Part shown: piece after piece, positions 12,401 through 25,138 of the stretch
Layout of the letters: each line of letters opens with the position of its first letter
Position numbering within the stretch: the stretch's first letter is position 1
NCBI GenBank assembly: GCA_043228905.1
Contig: JBHGNT010000015.1
Location: 4,774,001-4,838,000, forward strand
From: Azolla caroliniana
Lineage: Eukaryota; Plantae; Polypodiophyta
DNA: 64,000 nucleotides
Direction: 5' to 3'
Notes under the pieces: model-generated
Told to the model about the DNA's origin: nothing
What the model saw: the letters and a program-made list of their open reading frames with translations, nothing else
Database searches by the model: none
Translations under genes and position numbers: made by a program

Positions 12401-14519
12401 TCTCGCCGAATTCCTTCCTTTCGGAGATACGCTGTGAAATTGTCCGAGAAGTGCTCCTTGCCGCCATCCGATTGAAGACATCGTACATGTCGGCCCGTGG
12501 CTTTCTCGACTTCACTCTTGAATCTTTGGAAGTGTCCGAACATTTCGCTCTTTTGGCGCATTGGGTAGATCCAAGTGTGCCTGGAAAAGTCGTCAATGAA
12601 GAGCATGTAATATCGGCATCCGCCGAATGTAGCCATCTACGCCGGTCCCCGTACGTCGGAATGGATTACGTCAAGTAGACCTTTGCTCACGTTCCACTCT
12701 TTCGGGAATGGGTGTCGGTGTTGCTTGCCGAATTGGCACGCTTCGCATACACCTTCAATCTCCTTCTGTTTGAATGTCGGGAGTCCGATGACGACTCCTT
12801 TCGATTTCATTGCTTTGAGTTTGTTGAGATTGATGTGGCCAATTCGCTTGTGCCATAGCTCTATGTCGGAGTCGGCTTTCGTGCTTTTTGCAAACATGGC
12901 GGATTTCATCTCGTGTAAATTGAGAATGAATATCCGACCCTCTCTTCTTCCACGCGTGATGATTCGGCCCTCTTTTTCGATGAAGCACCTTCTTGGTCGA
13001 ATCGTACTTGCATCCCTTGCTCAACCATTTGACCGACCGAGACCAAATTCTTCATGATGGTGGGAACATGCAAGACATTTTTAATGTATGTTTGCTTACC
13101 TCTTTCGCTGAACGGAACATTGCCGATGTGCCGAATCGGGTGCGTAGTGTCATCTCCGGTTTCGACATAACCGGGTCGCTCCAGCTCTCGAAGTTCGAGA
13201 AACCATTCTTTATGAGATGTCATATGGTTTGAGGCTCCGGAGTCAACAAACCATATGTCCTCCGGATTGAGGGCACTAGTTGAGGTAGAGGCCGACATAG
13301 AGTTTGCTCTATGTTTCATCATGAACATTCCGCCATGGTCGGAGTTGTGTGCATACATTCCCCCACGATCTTTGTAGTCGGAGTTGTGCCCGTACATTCC
13401 ATTATACTCTTCATAGTCGGAATTGTGTGCGTAATTCGTGAGTTGTCGGCTTGTGGAAGACAATTCGTGCATCTTCTTTCGGCACTCTTCTTCGTGGTGG
13501 CCGAGCTTTCCGCAATATCCGCATTCGGTTCCGTTTTGACGGCTCGGGCCGGAGTGGAAGCTCCCCCTTCTTGCGAAGGCTCCTCGTTGGCTTCCGTTTT
13601 GCGGCCGAAATTGGGAGTTGTTGTCGTAGGACGGACCTCGTCCGCCTTGTCCTTGGCCGAATCGGCCTCTCGCTCGTCCACGTCCTCTTCCTCTGTTCAA
13701 GTGCATGTAGAGCATGTGGCCTTTTGACTCATTGCTCCTTGTACACACATGGTTTTCTTCAACCAATAGCATTGATTGGAGCTCAAAGAAGGAGGGAGAT
13801 TTCTCCCTTGCTAGAACGGCGGTTCACATCGTGCCGAACCGTGGTGCGAGGCCGCCGAGGCATATTTGCACCATCTCATCATCATCGATACTTAACGCTT
13901 ATCGAGCCAAGCGAGTCGCAAAGCTCCTTGATCTTCAAGGTGTATGTTGTGATGGACATGTCCCTTTGTTGAATGTTGTTCAACTCTTGGTGTAGTTGAA
14001 GCCTTCTTGCGGTTGTGTTCGCCGCGAAAATCTTTCGTAGATTTTCCCATGCCTCCTTCGGCGTCTTGGCCTTGCGAATGTAGTTGAGCATGTGATCGTG
14101 AACACATGTCGCCAAGCAATATATCACGCGGCTTGCGGCTTGCGGCTTGCTCGCATGTCGCGTATTCGGGAGCCGTTTCGATGGGTCGGTCTTCGTGCTC
14201 TCCTTTGATGTAGCTCCAATAACCTTGTCCGACAAGGTATTGGTGCATCTTGTACTCCCAAGATGCGAAGTTGTTTCGATCCAACTTCTCGGTAGGGAGA
14301 GCGCTCCCCATTTGAGTATTCATTATGTTGATTCTTCTTCTTCTTCTCTCTTCGAATGCGAGCTATGTAGCGAAGCTACGATAGCGATGAGCCGGTTCTT
14401 CTTCAACATCGGTGTAGAGCTCAACACACGCGGATGGGCTAGATGGAGCTACCAAATCGCTCTGATGTCATAGTGTAAAGAACCGGGTATGATTCTTGTG
14501 TAGCGAAATAGGTGTGAAC

Positions 14520-14588
<69 letters not shown>

Positions 14589-14897
14589 CACACACACACA
14601 CACACACACAGAATACACGAGGTAAAGTATATTAACAAAGGAGAAAGACTCAACCCTTTACAAGGTGGGAGGAGGGTGCTTTATATAGTCACCCTCTCTC
14701 TTCATTAACTACAAGACTCATGGAGCATGGGGAATGTCAAAGCTCATAAGTTATGTGTCATAGAATATGATTCTATGGCTCATACTAAATGCTAGAATAC
14801 AAAGTGGTGACATAATGGTGACTCTTGACCGTTGGAGTGTCTATTCACTCTTAAGGTGAGTTCACACACTAGACCAAGTTGAGCTTGATTCTCAACA
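9290..14897 (-). mobile_element. Ty1/copia element B, two LTRs (9290-9709, 14474-14897), inserted in the LTR of element A
   Basis: Near-identical ~420-bp LTRs containing (TG)n(AG)n. TSD CATAG at 9285-9289 and 14898-14902. PPT complement at 9710-9722. Gag-PR-INT-RT-RH order on the minus strand. Confidence 0.92.
10010..14323 (-). pseudogene. Disrupted copia gag-pol of element B
   Basis: ORF pieces: 13892-14323 (gag start MNTQMGSALPTEKLDR), 12906-13772 (CGYCGKLGHHEEEC, WFVDSGAS), 11863-12636 (integrase FIDDFSR, QNGVAERKN) and 10831-11841 ([17 protein letters not shown]). Frameshifts and stops separate them. Confidence 0.9.
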
Positions 14898-17800
14898 CAT
14901 AGAATATGATTCTATGACACATAGTTAATATGTAGAGAGTAGTGGTGTGACTCTTGACCTTTGAGTAATCATTGATTCTCAAAAGGTGTGTTCACACGTT
15001 GCACTATGTTGAGCTTGATTCTCAACATACCCCCTCAAGCTCAACTCGGGTCGGTTCCTTTTGATTGATGTCCGCTTCGGCTGGTATCCGGTTCAGACGA
15101 TCTTCGGTGTCCGCTTCGGTTCGTGCCCAGGTCGGACAATATCCGGTTCTCGCTTGTACTCCCCCTCAAGCTTGGCAAGTTAAGGATCATCAATCCAAGT
15201 TTTGACATGAACTGTTGAAGCTTGTCGGCCCCTAGGGCCTTGGTGAAGATGTCGGTTGTCTGAAGATTCGTGTTGATGTGTAGAAGATCGACATCTGCGG
15301 CTTGAACACACTCTCGAATGAAGTAATAGTGCACTTCGATATGCTTTGTGCGTGCGTGGAACACCAGGTTTCGAGCTAGATATATATTGCTCATGTTGTT
15401 GCAGTAAATGGGAGTCGGATCCATGATGGGAACGCCCAGATCCTTCAAAATCCTCTTGAGCCATACGGCTTCACATGCAGTTATGGATGTGCCCTTGTAT
15501 TCGGCCTCCGTACTCAAAAGTGCGACGATAGGTTGCTTCTTACTACTCCAAGATATTGCTCCGCTACCAAGCAAGAAGACAAATCTGGAGGTCGATCGTC
15601 GATCAGCTCTGTAGCCTCCCAGTCGGCATCCATTTACCCTTCGAGTCGAATTGTTGTGGCCGATGCGTAGAGGATGTCGTAATCCATTGTGCCACTCACG
15701 TACCGTAATACCCGCTTAGCGCAATCGACATGGATATCTCGCGGAGTTTGCATGAATTGGCTAAGGAGGCCGACCAGATAGTTGAGGTCGGGTCGAGTGA
15801 TCATGAGATAGATGAGGCTCCCGATCAGTTGTCGATATTGAGTCGGCTCACACTCGTCTATGCCGAAGTCGGCATCTAGTTTAAGGTTTTAATCGAGTGG
15901 GGTTGCCACATATTTGCACTTTGTCATCCCGAACTTGTATAATAAGTTGAGAATGTAGTGCCATTGAGAGATCATAATGCCAGTCGGAATCCGAATTACT
16001 TCGACGCCTAGGAAGTAATGAAGTTCCTTTATGTCCGTCATCTCGAATTTGTTGGAGAGGAGGGATTTCACCTTGTTGATGTCGACTAAACTTTCTCCTT
16101 CAATGACCAAATCATCCACGTATAGGATGATGACAATCGAGCTTCTCAAGTCGTTTCATACATAGAGGGAGTTGTCGGATTTCGACATTCAAAAGCCAAT
16201 TTGATGAAGATATTGCGTAAACTTCGAATGTCAAGCATGCGGTGCTTGCTTGAGGCCGTAGAGAGGCTTCTTGAGTTGGCATACGGCTTTTGGATGAATG
16301 TTGGATTTGAAGCCGGGAGGTTGTACCATGTACACCTCCTCTTCTAATTAGCCTTGAAGAAAGACGTTCTTGACGTCCATTTGGTGGAGGTGCCACCCTT
16401 TCGCCGCAATGAGTGCGATCATGGTCCGCACAGTCGTCATCTTTGCCACCGGAGCAAATGTCTCTTCGTAGTCGACTCCATGCGTCTGTGCGTATCCTTT
16501 TGCCACAAGTCGAGCTTTGTAGCGGTTTACGGAGCCGTCAGCAGTATACTTCACCTTGTAGATCCATCTACATTCGATCACCTTCTTGTGCGGTGAGTGG
16601 GGCACAAGATCCCATGTCTTGTTTTAGGAGAGTGCTTGCATCTCCTCATTCATCGCTTCAACCCATCTGGGGTCCTTCGCGGCTTCGGAAAACGTTTCTG
16701 TCTCCCGTATTGTCGCTACCTTCATCATAAAGGTGTAATGGTACGCCATATAATCATTGTAGCTGAATCAGCTTACAAGGTTCTTTTCACAGGTAGATCG
16801 GTGGAGCTTCTCGTTTGCGGATACTAAGGCTTTCTTCACTTCATTTGTCCGGATGTCAAGGCCTTCAAACTCACTATCGAGGGAGTGAGTCAATTCGTTG
16901 TCGTCGAAGTGATCGCCTTCCCTTTGTCCAGTTTTGAACTCAACCGAGATGTGCTTTGATCGCTTAGAGGCTCTTGTGGCCCACTAAGCCTTGTCATAAT
17001 CGGGCTTTCTTCGAACATGCACATGAGCCGATCTCTGGTTTCTATCTCTATTTCGACGTATTCCGGGTCGAGCATAATTGGAATCAAAGTTGTCTATGGT
17101 GCATACCAGGATGTGGACTCATTGAAAACGACGTCTCGACTTACTCGAGTTTTTCGAGTTGAGGAGTTATAACACTTGTACCCCTTTTGCTCCAGTGAGT
17201 ATCCTACGAGGATACATTTCTCCAACTTCAGGTTGAGCTTTTGTTGCTTCTCGTCGGGGATGTGCACATATGCAATGGAGCCGAATATCTGAACATGTGA
17301 TAGGTCTGGCTTCTTTCCGAAAAACTTCTCATGCAGAGTAACTTCATGCACACCCAATGTCGTACACCAATTCATGAGGTATACCGCCGTGTTAGCCGCT
17401 TCTGCCCAGAGCGACTTCGGGAGGCTTTTCGTTCATCATGGCCCGTGCTATTTCGAGGATGTGCCGATTCTTTCGTTCAGCGACTCCGTTTTGTTGTGGC
17501 ATATGTCGACACGAAAACTGTCGTTGAATTCCTTCTTTCCGTAGAAAAGCCGAAAATTCGTCCGAGAAGTACTCCTTGCTTCCATCCGACTGAAGACATC
17601 GTACATGTCAGCCCATGGCTTTCTCGACTTCATTCTTAAATTTTTGGAAGTGTCCAAACACTTCACCCTTTTCCCGCATGGGGTAGATCCAGGTCGTCGA
17701 TGAAGGCCACGTAGTATCGGCATCCGCCGAATGTAGTCGTCTGAGCCGAACCCCATACATCGGAATGAATTATGTCCGCTCCTTCGGAAATGGGTGCCGA

Positions 17801-19103
17801 CGTTGCATGCCAAATTGGCAAGCAGCACACACGCCTTCAATCTCTTTCTCCTTGAATGTTGGGAGCCTGATGATGACTCCTTTAGATTACATTGCCTTGA
17901 GCTTTTGGAGGTTGATATGGCCAGTCCACTTGTGCGATAACTCTATGTCGGAATCGGCTTTCGTGCCTTTGCGAACATGGTCAATTTCATCTCATGCGAG
18001 TCAAGAATGAACATTCGACCCTCTCTTCGTCCACGAGCGATGAGTCGGCCTCTTTTTTGATGAAGCAACCACCTTGATTAAATCGTACTTGCATCCCTTG
18101 CTCAACAATTTGGCCAACAGAGACCAAATTCTTCGTAATGGTTGGTGCATGCAAGACATTCTTAATAAAATTTTGGTTAACTTCTTTGCCGAATGAGACC
18201 TTGCCGATGTGTCAAATCGGATGCGTAGTGTCGTCTCCGGTTTCGACATAACCGGGTCGTTCTAGCTCTCGAAGTTCTCAGAACCATTCTTGATGAGACG
18301 TCATATGGTTTGAGGCACCGGAGTCGACGAACCATACGTCTTCCGAACCGGAGGCACTAGTTGAAGTAGAAGCCGACATAGAATTTGCTCTATGTCTCAT
18401 CACGAACATTCTGCCACGATCGTCATAGTCGGAGTTGGTGGCGTAATTGGTGAGTTGTCAGCTTGTGGAAGCCGACTCACACATCTTCTTACAACACTCT
18501 TCTTCGTGGTGACCGATTTTTCCGCAATATCCGCATTCGACCGAGTTTTGCCGGCTCAAACCGGAATGGAAGCTCCCCCTTCTTCCGAAGGTTCCTCGAT
18601 GGCTTCTGTCTTGATGTCGAAATTGCGAGTTGTTTTCGTAATTCGGGCCTCATCCGCCTCGTCCTTGGCCGAATCAGCCTCTTCTTGCATGGCCGCGTCC
18701 TCTTCCTCAGTCCGAGTGTGAATAAAGCATGTGGCCTTCCAAGGCATTGCTCCTTGTTCGAACATGGTTTTCTTCGACCAACAACATGGATTGAAGATTG
18801 AAGAAGGAGGGTGGATTCTCCTGTGCTAATACGGCGGTCCTCATCGCGCCAAACAGTGGTGCAAGGCCGTCGAGGCATATTTGCACCATCTCGTCATCAT
18901 CCACATTGACTCTTATCGAGCCGAGCGAGTCGCAAAGCTCCTTGATCATCGAGGTGTAGCTCGTGATGGACATGTCCCTTTGTTGGATGTTGTTCAACTC
19001 TTAGCGGAGTTGAAGCTTTCTCGCGGTTGTGTTGGCGGCGAAAATCTTTCATAGATACTCCTACGCTTCCTTTGGCATCTCGGCTTCTCGAATGTAACTA
19101 ACT

Positions 19104-21407
19104 ATGCATGCAGGAGTTCAAGGAGGAGAAGGCAAGGCTCGTCCACAAATAGAAGCAGAACACGAAGTTCTGCTAGAAGAAGCTCAACGAGATAATTTCC
19201 TGTTTCAACTTGACTATATCAAAGCTCGACCTAGACGCCCAAAAAGCCACGAACGCATTACAAGAGTTTCACATCAAATATCAGATGGGCAAAATACAGA
19301 TCAATGGCCTTTTGGAAAAGCATCAAAAGCAGTTGGACCAAAAGGTAGAAGAAACTCAGACTCGGGGATGGAACAAATGGTCGGCACAAGCGGCCAAATT
19401 ACAAATACTCGGAGCGGATTACGAGAACCGTAAGAAGGAGGGCCGATGATTCTACAAAATGGATGAGAACAGTGTCCACCTGCTCCGAGAAGACCTCACT
19501 AAATAATTCCACTCCCTCTCTCGGACGCACAGCACAAATCATAAAACTAATCGAGGAATTCGAGGATGAGCAGTTGCAACTCGCCATAGACTTGCAACGA
19601 TATGAACAAGAAAGAATCTAGGTTGAGGCCGAACCCAATGCCCCAACACGAGGGGGAAAAGAAGCAACCAGTGAAAGCAAGGTTAAACAAGAGGCAGAGG
19701 TGGAGCACCAGGTACACATAGAGCAAGCCAACGACAGGAACGAGCAAGTAACCACGACAAAATAACAGCCCTAACCGGTGTCGTAGTGTATTTCGTACAC
19801 TACGTGAAAAAGTAAAAAATAATATAAACGATTTAATTACATATAAATAAATAAAATAAGAATATCAAGATATTTATCACGTGCATAGGGCAAGATTCGA
19901 ACCCTGTACCTCCACATAGCCAAACCTCAACTTTACCATTATGCTACCTTATCTTTAGTGTTCTATAAATAGATTTAATAACTATAAGTCCTTTATTTGC
20001 GCCTACCTTTATTAAAAGGTAAACCATGCATTTTTAGAGTGCGTGAATATTTTATAGAAAAACGCAAGCAACTAAAAAGTGACTCATGCACATCTAGCGT
20101 GCATGAGCACTATATTTAGCAAATAAAAGCAAGGATTAGAAAAGCATCACATGCACATTTAGTGTGCATGAACATATGAAAAAAAGCATGTAGCTATGCT
20201 TAGTCTCTCTCATCACTATATAAGGATGGGGAGCACATTGTAGTTTTTGTTGATTATTTTTCTATAATGATCAATCAATCTAAAATATTCGTGGGATTCA
20301 CGAATTTGCTAAAATAATTCTCTCTTACTACCTAAATATTGACTAAATATACTAAACTCGTGGGATTCACGAGATTCTTATCTTATAACTCTTTATACCT
20401 ATTCTTTACTAGCCTTATTTGTATTTTTCTTTCTCCTAGTCCAAAACCTCGGCGGTTCCCACCCGACTCACGCAACGATCCGAAGCCGAAAGGCACGACA
20501 CCGATAAAATCACACATGGAAAATGAACAACAAAGCGAGCCGGAGGGCATGCCTTTTGAATTCTAAATTCCAACCTAGAAAAGTGATCATGATCCTCATA
20601 GAAGTGGCACAAATGTAGAATGTCAATAACTCAAAAGCCAGTTCAATACCTACCTCTCACAATATTAAGGTCTATTTGAGTGAATTTTGTCACTGAGTTC
20701 TTACATGGCCGATGCAAAAACATTTCCATGATACTGGTTTAACCCAATTTTCTAAGAATGAATTTTACAACTCTTTTAAATATGTATCAATTAAGATACT
20801 AAGGCAATTATATTTACCACATATTATAATAGAATCTAAAGTAAATCAAATTTTACAACAAATAGCCCTTTTACATAGGTTGAAGGAGAGAAAGGAAATG
20901 AAAATAAACTTTTCGGGGGGGAATGAATATACTTGAGTTTCAACATGTCACCTTGATCGTCATGGGCCTCTTCCATTGTGGATCACCTTTACCTCTCCAT
21001 CTCCTTTTAAGGAAGGAACCCTTGACCTTGATTCTCCGATGCTTAGCTCTTACCATTTCAATTATTTTTTGATGTCTTATAACTTTAACTTTTTAAGTCT
21101 TAGTGTTTTAAGCCTTCGTAGTACATAGTTATTTATGTAAATAGCCAAAAGGGTTAAGTTAACCCTAAGTTGTACCTCAAATGGATAGGCCTTCTAATAT
21201 TGTGTAAGAGTGTAATTATGAGAAAATCAAATAATAAAGAATAATTTTATGTGTTGACTAAAGTTTCTCTTTGTCTCACACTCACATTCATGGTTTATCG
21301 CTTCAATCTTGTTTAATATATCATATAAAAGTTTTTTATTTTGCATCGTCATTTGTAACAAATTAGCTAACCTCTTATCCTAAACATTTCCCTTTGTTCC
21401 CGCAACA
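19104..21407 (+). mobile_element. Probable continuation of the old gypsy remnant (coiled-coil ORF remains, PPT-like run, decayed LTR ~20924-21407)
   Basis: E/Q/K-rich coding-like sequence similar in style to 8040-8310. TTTTCGGGGGGGAATG at ~20910-20925 and ...CCCGCAACA at 21407. Boundaries are uncertain. Confidence 0.4.
19779..20500 (+). mobile_element. Solo LTR of the 4-bp-TSD Ty3/gypsy group
   Basis: Ends TGTCGTAGTG...GGCACGACA, flanked by CCGG (19775-19778) and CCGA (20501-20504). Clearly homologous to 34457-40601. Confidence 0.8.
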
Positions 21408-22129
21408 TAACATTGCTACCATTGGGTGCAACAAAACCTAAGTAGGTTGGTTGGCCCCATGGATAGAAAGAGAGTTAGAACTAAACAAAATTCACCATGC
21501 TAGCTATTTCAACTTGGCAAACAACTTCTTTATTATCACACCTATACATGGTAAAGTGGAGATGGATGTTACTACACTAGAATGTGATCAATTGGAAATC
21601 AAGTAAAAGGTGGAGAAAAAGAGAGAGAACTCTAGGTTTTCCAATTCTTTAATTGGACAAGGTCTGAAGCTATGACTTGTGAAATCGGATCCATAATAGG
21701 GAACAAAAATTAGCACGAGATATGCACCTACACAAGCTTGTTAGATATAACTAATGGTCACCCTCAAGTTGTCAATTTATCCCCAAATGTATCCTTATAG
21801 TGCACATTTTGTGATGACACCCCAATTAAGAGTAGTTATTTTGCAACCAAATCATATGAATTGATTAGGTGTCAATGTGTGAAACCATAGATAAGTCATA
21901 TATAGGAAAGAGGGAAGTAAGATAATAAGATTGACTAGTTAAGTGACAAGTCCACCAGAATAATATTCTTTGTTGGTAGGTTAAGATGTACTTCTTCTTG
22001 AAGTATGTACCATTCACTTTCAGAGAAGTATTATCTCGTACTAGCTTGTATCTAGGGAGCTAGGTCATTTTAAATGACGAGTTAGTTGATAGAAAGGAAA
22101 TATTCCCACAACTATCAACTTACTTGCAC

Positions 22130-22323
22130 GTTTACTATGACAATCAAACCAATTACATAAACCATAAAACACATGGTTTCGCAATTCAATTTACGTTTTC
22201 AAGTTAGGTCAAAATTCAATATTTTCAATATTTTGAATTTTATTGTTTCAAAATTTTAAAGATTTTTCCTAAAATTTCATAATTAGGCTTTAAAATAAAA
22301 AGGTTGTCCAAAAAATAATCAAG
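22130..22323. mobile_element. Left half of a decayed MITE (relative of 51246-51710) split by the retrotransposon nest
   Basis: Aligns by eye with ~51350-51510 (GTTTTCAA..TAGGTCAAA...TTCCTAAAAT...AAAAAATAAT). Confidence 0.5.
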
Positions 22324-22357
22324 TGTTAAAGAATCGAGAGTGATTCTGTGCAGCGGA

Positions 22358-22475
<118 letters not shown>

Positions 22476-25102
22476 AAGAGAGAAAGAAAACATATAGTAT
22501 ACCGAAAATAGTAAAATTGTATTAACAAGAGGAACAATAGCCAACAACCGTTACAAAGAGGTGGAGAAGGTGCTTATGTAGTCACCTTCTCTCTATGTTC
22601 TCTCACTACAACTACCACTTGGAAAAGAGGTGGAGAATTAACTACCTACTGAATATGTGCCATAGGACTTAAATTCTATGACACTTAGTTTATAATACAA
22701 GGAGGTGGGATGTTCACACACTTGGATATTCCTAAGGTATGTTCCCACACTAAGGAAGTTGAGTTTAATTCTCAGCACGCCCCTCCAAACGCAACTTTCG
22801 ATCATCGAATAGTTGGTTCAGATTGGTCTTCGAGTCGGCTTCGACTCATGTTGTTGTAGTAGAGGAGAATCGGATCCTTAATGGGAACGCCCAAATCCTT
22901 CAAGATTTGCAATTGTCGGCTACTTCTTACTGCTCCATGATATGGCTCCACTACCAAGGGAGAAGAAAAATCCCAATGTTAGATCGTCTGTCGGCTTTAT
23001 AGTCGGCCCAGTCGGCATCAATAAACCCTTCAAGTCGAATCAGTGTGGACGAGTCGTATTGGATGCCATAATCGATTGTACCACTTACATAACGTAACAC
23101 TTCCTTAGCACAGTCCAAGTGAATGTTTTGTTGTGTCTACATAAACTGGCTAAGGAGGCTGATCGGGTAGTTGAGGTCGGGCCGAGTAATGCTGAGATAA
23201 ATAAGGCTTCCGACAAGTTGTCGCTAGTATGTCGGCTCACACTCTTCTGTGCCAAAATCTGCATCTAGATTTCGATTTCGATCAAGAGGGGTAGCGACGG
23301 GCTTACACGATGTCATCCCAAACTTGAAGAGCAGATTGAGGATATAGTGTCATTGGGAGATCATGATGCCGTCAGGAGTCCGAATTACTTCTATACCTAG
23401 AAAGTAATGGAGCTCCTTCATGTCCTTCATTTCGAATTGGTTGGAGAGTAGCTTTTTAATATGTTCGATATCTGCAATGTGCTCTCCTCCAATGACTAAG
23501 TCGTCCACATATATTATGATAAATAGTTGTCCTCTGGAGTCGCTCCGAATGAACAAGGAATTGATGGACTTGGACATTTTGAAGCCGATTTGGTGAAGAT
23601 ATTGGGTTATCTTCGAATGTCATGCTCTAGGTGCCTATTTGAGGCCGTAGAGAGGCTTTTTGATTCGGTATACCACTTGCGGATGTATGCTTGACTTTGA
23701 AGCATGGTGGTTGTACCATGTACACCCTCATCTAATTCACCTTGGAGAAAGGCGTTCGTTATGTCCATTTTGTGAAGGTGCCACCATTTGGCTGCAGTAA
23801 GCGCAACCACGGTTTGGATGGTAGTCATATTTGCCACCAAGACAAAGGTCTCTTTGTAATCGACACTGTGCGTTTGCGCATAGCCCTTTGCCACAAGTCG
23901 TACCTTATACCGATTGACAGTGTCGTCGGTGTTGTGCTTCACTTTGAATATCCACCGACATCTGATTGCCTTTTAGTGGGATGAAGAGGGGGCAAGATCC
24001 TGCATCTCATTTTTGGAGAGTGCTTGCATCTCCTCATTCATCGCTTCGACCCATCGGGGGTCTTTAGCGGCTTCAGAAACGTTTTCCAGTTCCCGAACTG
24101 GCGCCACCTTCATCATGAAGGCATAGTGATATGCCATGTAGTTGTTGTAGCCGAATCAGCTAACTATGTTCTTTTCTCGGGTGGACCGACGTGGTGGTTC
24201 ACTTGTCTTCGTGAGCACTTTCTTGGCTCCTGGTGTCCTCATGATAGGCACATCCAATCCACCGTACTCACTATTGAGTGAGTGAGTCAATTCAGTTCCA
24301 TCTGAGTCTTCGAACTCAAGCATTTTGGCCCTCCTGTTGTCCGGCTTCAGACTCAGCCTTGACGTGCTTTGGTCACTTGGAGGCTCCTATGGTCCACTCA
24401 ATCTGGTTGATATTGCACTTTCTTCTGGTGTGAGCCTCAATCGCTCGTACTCCTCCGAGTCTATGTTGAGAGCAGTTCCGATTGGTTCGGATGGAACTTC
24501 TTTCCATAGAACTTCTCGTGGGGGGTTACACCATGCACCCCAAATGTTGTGCACTAGTTCATTAGATAGATTGTCTTGTTCGCTGCTTCAGCCCAGTATC
24601 TTTTTGCCAATTTTTTCTCATTCATCATTGCCCTTGCCACCTCGGGTATTCGCCGATTTTTCCATTCGGCTACTCCTTTTTGTTGAGGTGTGTGTCGGCA
24701 AGTAAATTCCCGCCAGATTCCTTCTTGACGAAGGTATGTTGTGAAGGAGTCGAAGAAGTACTCTTTGCCTCCGTCTAATCGAAGGCCCCGAACAGCCTTT
24801 TCAACTTCGTTTTTAAACTTCTGGACATGTGAGAACACTTCACTCTTTTGTCGCATAGGATAGATCCAAGTGTTCATGGAGAAGTCATCGATGAATTTCA
24901 CATAGTATTCTCTACCACCAAATGTTGTCGTTTGGGTTGGTTCCCATACATCTAAATGTATATCCAGGATCCCTTTACTCACGTTCTTCTCTTTCGGGAA
25001 CAGTTGACAATGTTGTTTGCCGAATTGGTAGGTGTTAGGAAATGAAGTCTGTGGTGATTGCAATGCAGCGGAAGGTGAACGTAGGTGTGTGTATGTGTAA
25101 TA

Positions 25103-25138
<36 letters not shown>

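Larger units (their letters stand above)
8317..19103 (-). mobile_element. Ty1/copia element A (5'-truncated); its 3' LTR (8317-8616, 9254-9289, 14903-15027) is split by two insertions
   Basis: The LTR ends ...CTCAACA at 15027, followed by the PPT complement. Internal 15028-19103 carries RNaseH (SWSSKKQ, TEAEY), RT (LYVDDL), integrase, zinc knuckle and gag, with many stops. No 5' LTR is present. Confidence 0.85.
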
